This document shows, in pieces, positions 41,250 to 53,890 of a DNA stretch of 64,000 bases (the first letter of the stretch is position 1; each line of letters opens with the position of its first letter). The DNA is taken from the NCBI GenBank assembly GCA_012295275.1, contig CM022678.1:8804001-8868000 (forward strand). The letters run 5' to 3'. The position numbers and the translations under genes were made by a program. Below the pieces are notes generated by a model. That model made no database searches, was not told where the DNA came from, and saw nothing but the letters and a program-made list of their open reading frames with translations. The stretch comes from Chrysomallon squamiferum. Taxonomy: Eukaryota > Animalia > Mollusca.

Positions 41250-43564
41250 CTCTACAAGTAATTTTGTCAGTTTCCCATGTATAAACATCCATACAGGTAC
41301 ATGTGATAATATTTTTCAAAACATTCATTGGCATCTGAAAGACAGAAACAGAAAAATCATATTTCAATCATTAACAACAATTAAACTTTTGACAAGTTTC
41401 TGAAAATAATCAGATATCATTTACACAGAAATTATTTATAAGAAATATATGGATTAACCAAAACGTAAGATTCATAGATTCTGAGAGGTTTTGAGCAGTT
41501 TATAAAATTAGTCAGGTTTGAATTACATGGATGTAATTATTATTAATAAAAGTAAAAATCATTCATAGATGTTTACAAGTTTCTGAAATAGTATTAACTG
41601 CTTTGAAATTTGTCTTAATACCAGAAAAGAGAACTTTAACTTAACTATTTGAATAGCACAAAAGCTACTAATGCATACCCAAGCTACACACTGATTGCTG
41701 ATTATATAATGAGCATGACATTATTAATAATAATAATAAAAAAGAACAGATAATGGTAGAAATGCTGACCATTCAGATTCAAAGAGATAACACTTACACT
41801 GGAAATATGAATAAACTAAGAATGCTTGAAGTGAACAATTTAACCTGAGAACCAGATAGAACTGAGTCACCTGAACATGTTTTGTTGTCTGAATTCAAGG
41901 TAAACATTTCTACACAAACACTGCTCCACTGTGTCATGCACCCTGCAGCCCTGTTCACACGAACTGTTCACTGCAGCACTGTCACAACTAACATAAAATA
42001 TTTTTATAACTTTATTATATTTTTTGTCACAACAAAAATAATTTACAATTTTATCACATTCTGTCACAAATGAAAATAAAATATTTTTATAATTTTGTCA
42101 CTATTAAAATTGAAAAAATATCTTTAGTTATTTGTAACCACTGTGACAAGAACAAATGTAGCTTTTCTCAGTTTAGTACAAGAATGAATAATAAACACTC
42201 ATTGAACAATTTAAAAAATTGATCTTTTGCAAGAATGACTGAATGAATGATAAAGGTGGTGACAGTGAACAAATGAGGAAGGTAAAGAGTGGATGGTTGA
42301 ATGAATGAATTAATAAATATCTGTTTAATAATAGTTTAATTATTAGTTCTAAAAATGATTGTTATTTTTATCTTTATTTACTTTTGTTGGTAATGTTCCT
42401 AAAAATTAATTTGACTCAAACTGCAAAACTAAAGTTAGCTGGTACCAAACGGGGTTTGTTTTTGTTTCTTTTTTGTTGTTTTTAACAATGTTAATTTCTT
42501 AGTCACTGAAAGCTGATTTTCTGTGTTAAATAAACATTCTCTTAATTTTGAATAAAAAATTATTAACAAGTATAAAATGATATTTTTATTATTACATTTA
42601 TTTATTTATTATATTTTAATGCAGAAAAAGTTAATTTTGTGACAGCTGTATTAATTAACTCATTTCTATGTAATTTTTCAGTTTAAAATATCCATTCTGT
42701 TTTCTTTGGTAATTAAAATCACAAAACTATTTATGAAATAATCTATAATTTGCATCATTTAACTATTTTTTAAATAAAATGAATCATTTTTATAATTATC
42801 AGTATTTATACAGTAATCAGCAAACATTTTGACCATATAACTATTTATTAAATACAAAGGAATTATTTATAACATATAACTATTTCATAATAATAATAAA
42901 CCATTAGTAACATAACTGTTTCATAAATAATAAGGAATTATTTCTAACATATAACTCTTTATTAAATAAAACAACATAATTTCAAATTTTTAATATTGAG
43001 TAATTAACTATTTATTAACTATTCATCTGACAAGTTGTGATATCCTGTCTTACACTCAAATGATAGGAGACTGGCAGGTTTTTGCAGTTGCTGTTTGCTT
43101 GACATGAAACTGTTGAAACACTACATTCATCTCTGTTGTTTTCACGTCACACACCACCCAGCCAGCTTTACACTGACAGTGGTCTGAGAGGGAAAAATAA
43201 AATCCAATATGAAAATAAATAAATTAAATTAAAATCAAATTTTTGTGTTAGTTTTTATTATAAAACAAAATTTATAAAATTATATTAAAAGTATAATCTA
43301 AATGTCATGAAAATTTCTAATTTTACAGAATAAGTTGCTTCAGATTTCAAAATATAATTATGTTTTTAAAATATTTAATGAATTATTTTTACATTATTGT
43401 ATTTTGTGATGAGAAATTCTGCTTACTGACACATGTTGTCTGGTTATTTTCAAGCTTCTTCCCAGCCAGACAGGAACAAGTGAATCCACTGATTCTGTTA
43501 GTACAAGTATCAGTATACTTAGTAATACTGACATCAGTTGATGTACACTCATTTATATCTACAC

Positions 43565-43597
<33 letters not shown>

Positions 43598-44378
43598 GAA
43601 AAAAGCTTATTTCAATATTTGTGAAACCAAGGACTTTTTCATCTGAGACAAGACAGGCAGCCCTTGCACCTTCATCTGAGACAAGACAGGCAGCCCTTGA
43701 ACTTTTTGCTTTGATAGGTACACTACAGTTCAAAGAAAAACAATACTAACCTTTCTCATACTTTTTTCAAGTGGTAACCATACTGACATAAACTGCCTTC
43801 AGCTTTATGAGAAATCTGTTCCCATGTCAAACTCTGACTTCTACATTCTAAGTCTGAAACAAAAGTAATCTATTATTTTAAAAATGTTTTTGACTTCTTT
43901 CTTTTTTCTTCATTTTTTTAATCAGTTTTTTTGTTTACCTCAATTTAATATTAATATAAACAACATTTAAAACACCATCAGTTCAAAAATGATAATGACT
44001 TTTTTTTACCATTTAAAAAATTAAATAAACAAACAATAATCATAGAATTAATTAATGATAGATATAAATCACTGTCTTTTCACTGTTAACTCATTGTTCA
44101 CTTAAACATACCTAATTAATAGTAACAAAATTAACATAGTATAATTTTAAAACATTCTCAGGTGGCCTTAAGTAATTTATCAAAACTGAATTATTTGTCC
44201 ATTATACCCAGCATCTGTTTACAAACATGTTGAGCACATCTCAGTGTCTGAGTCTGTACAAATTTCTCTTAACTGCCAGGACTGGAGAAGTCATGTTCTT
44301 CACTGAAAGCTGCACTACACACATGGTCAAGTGGTCAACCTTGGTCTTTTTTCTGGTCAGCAGAAGGCTTGTTTATCC
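41250..44378 (-). pseudogene. Decayed multi-exon EGF/calcium-binding EGF repeat gene
   Basis: Phase 1-1 exon 43427-43558 reads DINECTSTDVSITKYTDTCTNRISGFTCSCLAGKKLENNQTTCV. Further EGF-like blocks lie at about 43750-43855, 43030-43183 (CQCKAGW..DECSVSTVSCQANSNCKNLP), 41871-41980 (CEQGCRVHDTVEQCLC..LNSDNKTCS) and 41250-41334 (DANEC..CTCMD..TDKITCR). Frameshifts and lost cysteines throughout. Confidence 0.75.
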
Positions 44379-44996
44379 TGTAGAGAGAAAAATTACATTT
44401 ATCATTGACAAGCCTAATAAATAAATTGTAGTTAAAAAAAACAAACAAAAAAAACAGAAGTTATAAAATTTATCACATATCATTTAGAAAAAAAAATTAA
44501 AACAAATATTTAAAAATCACATGTTGGTCTGAAACCAGAATAAATTTCTACAAATTTTATAATAATTTTTGTGAGAATAAACAAATTAATTAATTCTTAA
44601 ATACTAACTAAAATTAGGTTAAGGCCAGACCAGTCTCGATAAACCACGATGTTTCGAACATAAACGGATTCGAATGTATGCTACGCTTTTCAAACCTGTA
44701 TGAACTAATGTTTGTCAGCCAGTTTATTTTTATTTTTGATTCGGTAACGTTTTACTTGTTGATTATTCAATTTAATAGAATTTTGGAAATATTTCACGAG
44801 AATCCAAATGGATTGGGATGTTTTATGTTTGTGCGAATACAAGCGTGAATCGGATGCGGATTATCAGGCATGGAACGAGGTAAACATGATCATGATGTAA
44901 TGTGTATCACTCAGCACTGTATCACTATCACTGTATCAGTGTATGTGTGAAAGAAGCAGAAAGAGAGGTGTTCACCGTATAAACTATAATCGTATT

Positions 44997-45061
<65 letters not shown>

Positions 45062-47479
45062 TGTGTGTGTGTGTGTGTTGGGAATTTCATATGTAAATAA
45101 ATTTATTATAACATTCACAAACGATAATAAGGCAGAGAAAAATGCATTTATTAGACAAATGTAGATTGATAACAAAAAATATTATGTACTTCCAATAAAT
45201 AAACATTATATTTACTACTAACATTGCAATTTTTCGTAGGACACTGTATTATTATTCAGATCTGTCAAGAAAGGGAATTTACATCATGGAGAAGGATGAA
45301 TCACCAGTAACAGAAACCATTCTTATGCAAACTGCACCATTCTGAGTTGTGAGTATAATATATTTTATGTTTGTGTTTTAGAGAGTAAATAAGATTTGTA
45401 GCAACTGTTTATTGATTATAAAATAGTGTAATAAAAATCACTTATTTGCTATTGTTTTGTAATCAGTTTAATATTATAATAATTGTGTTACATTATTTAT
45501 TAATAACAAAATATATTGAAGATATCCCACAGCCTACTTTGTCTGAATAAAATAGTTAAATTTAAATTTTGATAATAACAGAGGTATTAGTTATTTATTT
45601 ATAACTGCTTTGTTATTATTTTTATTATTATTTTATTTATTTCTTTTTGACTTTCAGAACGTACATATGGCTCTAATTGATGTTGTGATGTTGGCATATG
45701 CCAGTGAAGTTGTTTCAGTAGAATGTCCTGTACCGGCCATCAGGTATGCTGTTGTTTTTGTTTATTTATTTATTTATATTATTATCTTGTTAAATATTAA
45801 AATTTGATTTTTTTATTTATTATTAAACTGAGTTAGTTTGACTCTGTCAAAGTTGATTTACTTTTCTTCCTTTTATATTTTGGTAAATTATATTTCAGTT
45901 AAAGCTGAGGTATAGTTAAAGTATTCATTTTTCTACTTTGATTATTAAATGATAGCTGAAAATAAGGCAAAGGATTATGATGATTGCAGTTGAACATGCA
46001 AATGTATGAATGTATGAGAGAAAGAGAGAGGATTAAGGAATGGCGATTCAGGGAGAGAGGGAGAAGGCGAATGATATTTGGGGTGCATGTTTTGTATAAT
46101 TTATCATATAGCATAAAGAGACCTCATACTTTAAATTAAACATTTTGAACAAGCAATTTTAAAACTTTCAGATGAATTACAACTTTTAACGCATCCAGTG
46201 AACTTCCATCAGGACTGAGGACACAGTTATAGTCTGCTTAAATAAAGTTTGTACTGCTGCATTGTTTTTAATTTGAGTTGTTTTTATTTAAATATTTCTC
46301 ATTGTTCTAAACATAATTAAGTTTAATTTAGTTTAATGCAGGAGATTGCAGTTTGTTAATAATATATCAGTAGGTAGACATGCACATACACACAAACTAC
46401 ATTAGTATCTTGTAAACACACAGTACACTTTTTACCATGTACATTTGTCAGGCACACTCACATTCCTATAATTACATTCATATAAATATGATTATTTTGT
46501 TGTAAATTTCTATATTATAAAACAAAAGAAGAAGACAAGAAGCATCATATTTTAAAATGTTTAACTTTCCTGTTACCAGATTGGAACTGCCAGCCCTTCA
46601 GACAGTGTGACTGTTCCTGTGATGACAGACATACTAAAAGACATATGAGACATATGTACAGTAGCTGTTGTCTGTCATCTCTGTTGTCTGAAGTGTCTCA
46701 CTTTTCATGGTTTGTTAAATAACAATTTTTTGGTAAATAAAAAGTATGAATCACATGGTAACTTTAAATTTAGCATAAAGTAAATTTATGAATCTTAATA
46801 TCTAGTTAAAAGAGGATGGGGTTTTGGGGCACTTTTTGATTTTATATTTCATAATCAACAAAATTCATATTTTATTATTAGGTCTTTTTTTTTTTTTTTT
46901 GGTTTTGAATATAATTTGTACAAATCTCTCGCTTGCTCTCTCTCTCTCTCTCTGTTTGTCTGTCTGTCTGTCAGTTATCACATCCTTTTCATCCTCCTTA
47001 ACCTCTTTTACTGTGTTATTAAATATTAATTGCCTCAGTGTTGTTTATATTTTTTTCAGATATATGTTTGAAAGATGGGTTAGGAATAGCTAATTCTTTA
47101 CATAATCTACGCCTCACCAAAACATTCTGTGAACGGCATCTTCCATCAACTTTTTCCATTTCACCTACGAGGATCTCCTGTACACATGAGACAGTATACG
47201 AGAAAACCTCTTAGCCTTTCTCACAGAGCTGTTCTTCTGGTTTGAAATGATAAAACTGACAGAGACAGGACAGCTGCTGAATGGTCAGGAAGCAGAAAGT
47301 AAGTTTTGTGAGTTTTTAATTACATTGCAAGTCCACAATTGAATTGTATCTTTTATTAAATGAATTTATGAAATTTATTATTGTACTGGAAACATTGGAG
47401 TTTTGTCATATTCAATTTTAGTGTTTATACTGGAGGGGTGTAGCAATACTGATATCAAAAGAATGTCTTTATAAGTTGA

Positions 47480-49051
47480 CCTTTAATAGTTGCAACACTG
47501 AAGGCAGGATTTTAAAAGTTAATAGATGATTATGATGATAGTTTTGCAAGTGTATATGCACCAAATAATATTGCAGAAAATTTTTTATTTTTAAATGATT
47601 ATGTAAATTTGTGGATTCTTAAAATACATCAATGACAGGAGATTTTAATGTAATTTTAGATCCTAATTTAGATTTAGGCATTAATAATAAAACTTTCAGT
47701 ATGAAAAGTGGTAATAAATTACAGTATTTATAATTATAATTTAGTTGATATTTGGTGACACAGAAATCCAGAAAAAAGACAATTTACTAGATCTCAAATT
47801 GTTGAAAAAACTATAAATCAGTCAAGAATTGATTTTTTTTATAATTTTTAGAAATTTATTACAGTTTATAAGTAATGTATACATATCCTATACCTCAGTT
47901 AGTGATCACAATTTTTTATCACTTAAAACAGATTTTTCTCATGTAGAGAGAGGTGAACGTATTTGGATTTTTAATAATGAATTGTTGAAAGATGAACTTT
48001 TTTCTAAAGCTCTTGTTGAAGTAATTAATAATGCTTCTGAGTGTCCATTGTTACAAACTGAACCTGTTGTTTGATCAAATAACTTAAAATATAAAACATT
48101 TTTCACTAAATAAGAGAAAATTAGACAACGAAAAATATTATAATATACAAAATGCTTTAAAATGAGAATATCCTAAACTAGTTGTAAATAAGCATCATGA
48201 TTTGAGTAACATACAAAGAAGAAAAATTAAAATTAATTGAGAGATTAAGTGTAATGGTGCTATTTTAAGATCTGAAGCTCAATAGAATTTAGATATGGAT
48301 AGAAATAGGTAATATGTTTCTTAGTTTAGAAAAATCAAAACAGGAATTCAATTCTATTAAAGAACTAAAAACAGTAAATGGATTAACTGGAAAAATGGAA
48401 GATATATTAGACTATGCTTATGAATTTTTTTCAAAATTATTTACACAAGAAAATGTAGATACTGTTAAACAGGAATAAATGATATATTTAATATCAACTA
48501 AAAGAATCTGAAAGTGAAAAGTGTGAGATTGACATTGCAGTTAAAGAATTAACTGAAGCTTTAAAAGAAATGAATAGAAATAAATCACCTGGTATGGATG
48601 GTCTATCAGCTGAATTTTATGTTAAATACTGGAAAATTAATTTTTTTTTTTCATAAAGTAGTTATTTCAATTCAAAAAGAGGAAATGTTCTCGTATAGTA
48701 TGAAAAAAGGGGTAACTAATCTTTTTTACAGGAAAAAAGTGGAGATAAAGCAAACCTTAATAATTACAGACCTATCAGTCTTTTAAATGTAGATTATTAA
48801 ATTATTTCTAAAGTTCTTGCTAGTCGTGATAAACAGGTTATGTCAACTATTATTTCACCAGAACAAAGCTGTTGTGTAAAAGAAAGAGATGTTGCTGATA
48901 ATATTATGTAGTGAGGGATGTTACAGATATTGCTGAGTTAAATAATACTGAAGGGTTTGTTGTTAAAATTGATCAAGAAAAAGCTTTTGATAGAGTGTCA
49001 CATAGTTATATAATAAACATTCTGAAAAAAATTGTATTTGCGTGATAAATT
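47480..49051 (+). mobile_element. L1/Tx1-clade LINE ORF2 remnant, 5' part (APE endonuclease and RT N-terminal region)
   Basis: SVYAPNN, GDFNVILDP, SRIDFF, SDH, KSPGMDGLSAEFY, NYRPISLLNVDY, IDQEKAFDRVSH, with many stops and frameshifts. Confidence 0.9.
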
Positions 49052-49794
49052 GGTTATGACAACTTGTGTAAATGATCTTAAAATTGTGTCTACTTAGCAG
49101 GGCAAGCTGAAATGTACCAGTGAGGATCTGTCGATGTCCCAGTTCTCATTAATTGTGTTTTACCTGGGTAGCCTGCCATTTTCTCTCACTTTATGTAATA
49201 TGTAATAAAAACAATGCCATTTTATGCAATTAATTCCATATCAGTAATTTTATTACTTTTATTTAGAAACTCTTTTACTTACAGACACTGCCTGTGTGAT
49301 TATCAGCTTGAAAGAGTCTGACATTTTATCTCATGTTGAGAATGTTGTCAGTAATACTAACAGAAACCGTAGAAACAGATTCCAGTCAGAATATTTTTGT
49401 CAGCAGTTCCTACAGTTCCTAGATGTTTTGAGAAGAAAGCATGCAACATCAGTAGTGGAAAAAAAGGTAAGTTCTTTCTGAGTAATATTATTTATTGTTG
49501 TTAGAGAATTACATTTTACAGGAAAGAAGAAACTTTAACACTTAAGATGAATTGAACTGGATAAATAAGACACATAAAAACTTTCATAATGAAGATGTCA
49601 TAATGAAGTTGTAGGGTATTTATTTATTTATTTATTTATTTATTTCATGTATTTCATGTGATCCTTTGTGGTTTTTGCCAGGGATCAGCAATGGTCAGAG
49701 TTTTTGTAGTGATTTCCACCAGAATAGCTAAATGGGTTATATCACTGTGTACATTTCATTGTTTTGTGTGTCACATTTCTGACACTGTCCACAC

Positions 49795-50290
49795 TTAGGT
49801 AACTGCATCAAAAACCAGATTATTCTTGTTCTTTGGCTTGGAGGTCACGTCGAGATGTTTTGTCTTTGTCACACAGTGTTGCAGTGTGGACTTTGAAATA
49901 CTCAGAGTCTTTGTCACACAGTGTTGTAGTGTGGACTTTGAAATACTCAGAGTCTTTGTCACACAGTGTTGCAGTGTGGACTTTGAAATACTCAGAGTCT
50001 TTGTCACACAGTGTTGCAGTGTGGACTTTGAAATACTCAGAGTCTTTGTCACACAGTGTTGTTGCAGTGTGGACTTTGAAATACTCAGAGTCTTTGTCAC
50101 ACAGTGTTGCAGTGTGGACTTTGAAATACTCAGAGTCTTTGTCACACAGTGTTGCAGTGTGGACTTTGAAATACTCAGAGTCTTTGTCACACAGTGTTGC
50201 AGTGTGGACTTTGAAATACTCAGAGTCTTTGCTGAATCTCGCAACATCTTCAGACATTTGTCCAGTGTGTCTGTGTAAAACTGTATGAAA
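49795..50290 (-). mobile_element. pogo/Tigger-like psq-type HTH fragment with tandemly amplified 45-bp unit (8 copies, 49863-50225)
   Basis: The collapsed sequence MLRDSAKTLSISKSTLQHCVTKTKHLD...NNLVF resembles the psq/CENP-B-type HTH at pogo transposase N-termini (S.R.AAK.Y.IPKSTL). The repeat itself is directly visible. Confidence 0.55.
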
Positions 50291-50444
50291 ACAGATTTTT
50301 ATTCAGCAGCTCCTTTGTCTTGAACTTGTACATTTAGTGCTGTTTATACTTCTGTACTGATTGATTAGTTTCTGCCATGTTTATAGATCAGAAAGTACAT
50401 GAACTGGATCTTTATTTCCAGTTTTGTATTTCAATTTATTGCTG

Positions 50445-50504
<60 letters not shown>

Positions 50505-51125
50505 TAAATGCATTTTGCATGTGCTCATGTGTATGTGATAATTAAAACTGACTTCAAACTAAAACTGAAGAGTAAATTCTAGATATATTAATTACTTTAT
50601 AATTTTAGTTAACATCACAAAATTGCAAATGAAAAAAAAAAAAACTCTGGAAATCTTTGTAATTGTATAAATACTTTAATCCTAGGATTAAATTAGTTTC
50701 CTGTTTGAGAATCCATTTTCCCACTGGAATCTAGGACAGCATTTTCCAGATTAAACACTTTTTAAAAAATATTTTCATGTTATTACTGAATTTTTTTATT
50801 ATTACTCTTAATATGTTAATTCTGTTTTTCAGCTGCAGTAACACAAAAGTCAGGCAGCTGAAATTCTTGATTCTCTGGACTGCCTCTGAAATCCTGGTGA
50901 TCTTCTCAGAGGTCACTAAAAATGGAAATGTGAGTGGTTTAGGAAAATATTGTCTTGGTGTTTCTAATTCTGCAGTATAGGTAGCTGTGATCGCTTCTCA
51001 TTACCTCTCAGTAGTTATGTTGTTGGGTTTTTTGTTGTTGTTGTTGTTTTTATTCATGGTAGTCTTCTTTTTTTTGGATGACGTGAAACTAAAGTCAAAA
51101 TCGAGACTTGTTTCTGACTCACATG

Positions 51126-52986
51126 TGCTGAGTTAAATAATACTGAAGGGTTTATTGTTAAAATGGATCAAGAAAAAGCTTTTGATAGAGTGTCACATAG
51201 TTTTATTTTAAAAGTTCTGAAAAAATTCAATTTTGGTGATAAATTTATAACGTGGATTAAAATACTCTATAATGATATAAAAAGTTGTGTCCAGATTAAT
51301 GGACATTTAACACATTTCTTTAATATTACAAGAGTTGTTAGACAAGGATGTCCAATATCAGTGATGCTTTATCTTATTGTAGCTGAACCCTTAAATAATT
51401 TAATTATAAGTAGACACAGCATGAAAGGAATTAGAATAACAAATGAATTTAGTTGTTTATTATTTCAGCATGCAGATGATTCTACTGTAACAGTCTGTGA
51501 TGCTCAGTCAGTAGAATCTGTTTTCAATACAGAAAATATGTAACAGTCTGTGATGCTCAGTCAGTAGAACCTGTTTTTAATACAGTAAATATGTAACAGT
51601 CTGTGATGCTCAGTCAGTAGAATCTGTTTTTAATACAGTAAATGTGTAAAAGTCAATATAGGTAAGTCAGAAGTACTTTGTCTTGGTAAGACTATAAAAA
51701 TACTTATCATTTAACATTCTGATATTGATGAATAAAGATAGTGGTGAAATTCTAAGTGTATATTTAGAACCAAATAATGTGAAAGGTTGAACTGGAAAAA
51801 TAAAACGTTCATTTACAGTTAAAATATTTTATTCTATTTTGCTTTCACCTACATTTGAAGAAAAATGGACTAAGCTTGGTTTTAACATATTCTGGAGACC
51901 AGTTTGGAAATGGATACACTACAGTGTTAAATTTACTGAATTTACTGACTTAGATTTGAGAACAGCTCGTCATGTAATATATACATATAGTAAATTATGT
52001 AGATATGGAAAAATCTCATCTAGTGTATGACCAGTGTATCTGAAGGATAATGAAGATGTGTGCCATTTATTTTTGTATTGTGAAGAATTGTCGGAACTAA
52101 AATCTATCTTTCATGAAATATTTATTCAAAAAAAATCTATTAATATTTGGATGTTATCTAAGAATAGAAAATTGTTCAATAGAATTTTAAAGTATTATTC
52201 TATCAATTTATAGAATATCAGTGTTCAAGAGGTGTGGGATAGATGAATTGAAAGGAACAAACATTAATATAATACATTTCTTCAGACATTATTTTTATCA
52301 AGGCTTTGAAATAAGCATTGTTTTATTCCTTTTTAGCTTCTATTTGTACTAGAGGTAATCAAAACCATTTCTTGTTTTGTTTTGAATATAATATATACAC
52401 ATAGTAAATTATGTAGACATGGAAAAATCTCATCTAGTTTATGTCCGGTGTATCTGAAGGATAACGAAGATTTATTTATTTTTGTATTGTGAAGGAACTA
52501 ATTTGTATCTTTCATGAAATATTTAAGAAAACAGGGTTTTCATTAGATCAGTTAAAGAGACTGTTAATATTTGGATGTTATCTAAGAATTAAAAATTGTT
52601 CAATATAATTTACAGAATATCAGTGTCAAAGAGGCATCTGATAGATGAACTGAAAGAAACAAACATTAATATAATACATTTTTTCAGACATTATTTTTAT
52701 CAGGGCTTTGAAAGTATTCTTACTCAGGACTGTATTCAAAACAAAGTTTCAATTATTATTAACAAATATATTAAGAATAATATTTTTGTAGAATTAAAAG
52801 ATGAAATGCTTATTTTCAAATATCGTTAGCAGACTTAAAGTAATCAGTATTGCTCTGTCATAAAAATACAATTAAAATCTAATGTGAAAGTTTCTGAGCA
52901 GACAAGCCTGTGTGTGCATGTCTATTTTTAATGTTGTTATTATTTACATCTGTTGATTATATCAGTAATAAAAAAAAAAAAAAAAA
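51126..52986 (+). mobile_element. L1/Tx1-clade LINE ORF2 remnant, 3' part (RT core, C-terminus, polyA)
   Basis: DQEKAFDRVSH...WIKILY...RQGCPIS...QHADDST; a C..C....ED..HLFLYC-like tail (duplicated); aataaa with an A-tail at 52966-52986. A 53-bp unit repeated three times at 51486-51644 truncates the ORF. Confidence 0.9.
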
Positions 52987-53349
52987 GTATGTGGCAAAGG
53001 TTTGTTGGGTTTCTGGATCAGTCATGCATGGAAGACTAAAAATGTCATTTCCCAATCTAGCTCCTGATTAGTGCCTGATATATCTAAGATCATAGTATAT
53101 GTTAGTTTTTTTCTGTGGAAAGATGCATATGAAAAAAAGATTTTTAGTTTCTTGTCTAAAAAGGATGTCACTTCATGTTTCAGAAACACATTTTCTTTTT
53201 CATTAGCTGTATTTTTATTTACCTTTTAAGGATACAAAGAACTAGTAAAAAACACTGTGGTGTATGTTCTTAAATAAAATATTTCATTCTTCTCACTTAT
53301 GTATTGGTAATATGTTCTCAATACAAAGAATAAGAAAAGCAGATTAGAA

Positions 53350-53890
53350 CAAGGAGAGTCCATAATAATAAGTAAAGTAATTGTAGTATACAAATAGCTT
53401 GATAACTTAGCAAGGAGAGTCACAATAATAAGTAAAGTAATTGTAGTATACAAATAGCTTGATAACTTAGCAAGGAGAGTCTATAATAATAAGTAAAGTA
53501 ATTGTAGTATACAAATAGCTTGATAACTTAGCAAGGAGAGTCTATAATAATAAGTAAAGTAATTGTAGTATACAAATAGCTTGATAACTTAGCAAGGAGA
53601 GTCCATAATAATAAGTAAAGTAATTGTAGTATACAAATAGCTTGATAACTTAGCAAGGAGAGTCCATAATAATAAGTAAAGTAATTGTAGTATACAAATA
53701 GCTTGATAACTTAGCAAGGAGAGTCTATAATAATAAGTAAAGTAATTGTAGTATACAAATAGCTTGATAACTTACCAATGAGAGTCCATAATAATAAGTA
53801 AAGTAATTATAGTATACAAATAGCCTGATAACTTAGCAAGGAGAGTCTATAATAATAAGTAAAGTAATTGTAGTATACAAATGGCCTGAT
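53350..53890. repeat. 61-bp minisatellite, about 9 highly similar copies
   Basis: caaggagagt(c/t)...ataataataagtaaagtaattgtagtatacaaatagcttgataacttag head-to-tail with no spacers. Confidence 0.95.

Noticed and set aside
49863-50225. 45-bp array as a CRISPR array
   Set aside because: No spacers; it is a plain tandem repeat.
53350-53890. 61-bp array as a CRISPR array
   Set aside because: Head-to-tail near-identical units with no unique spacers, no cas genes, and a eukaryotic context.
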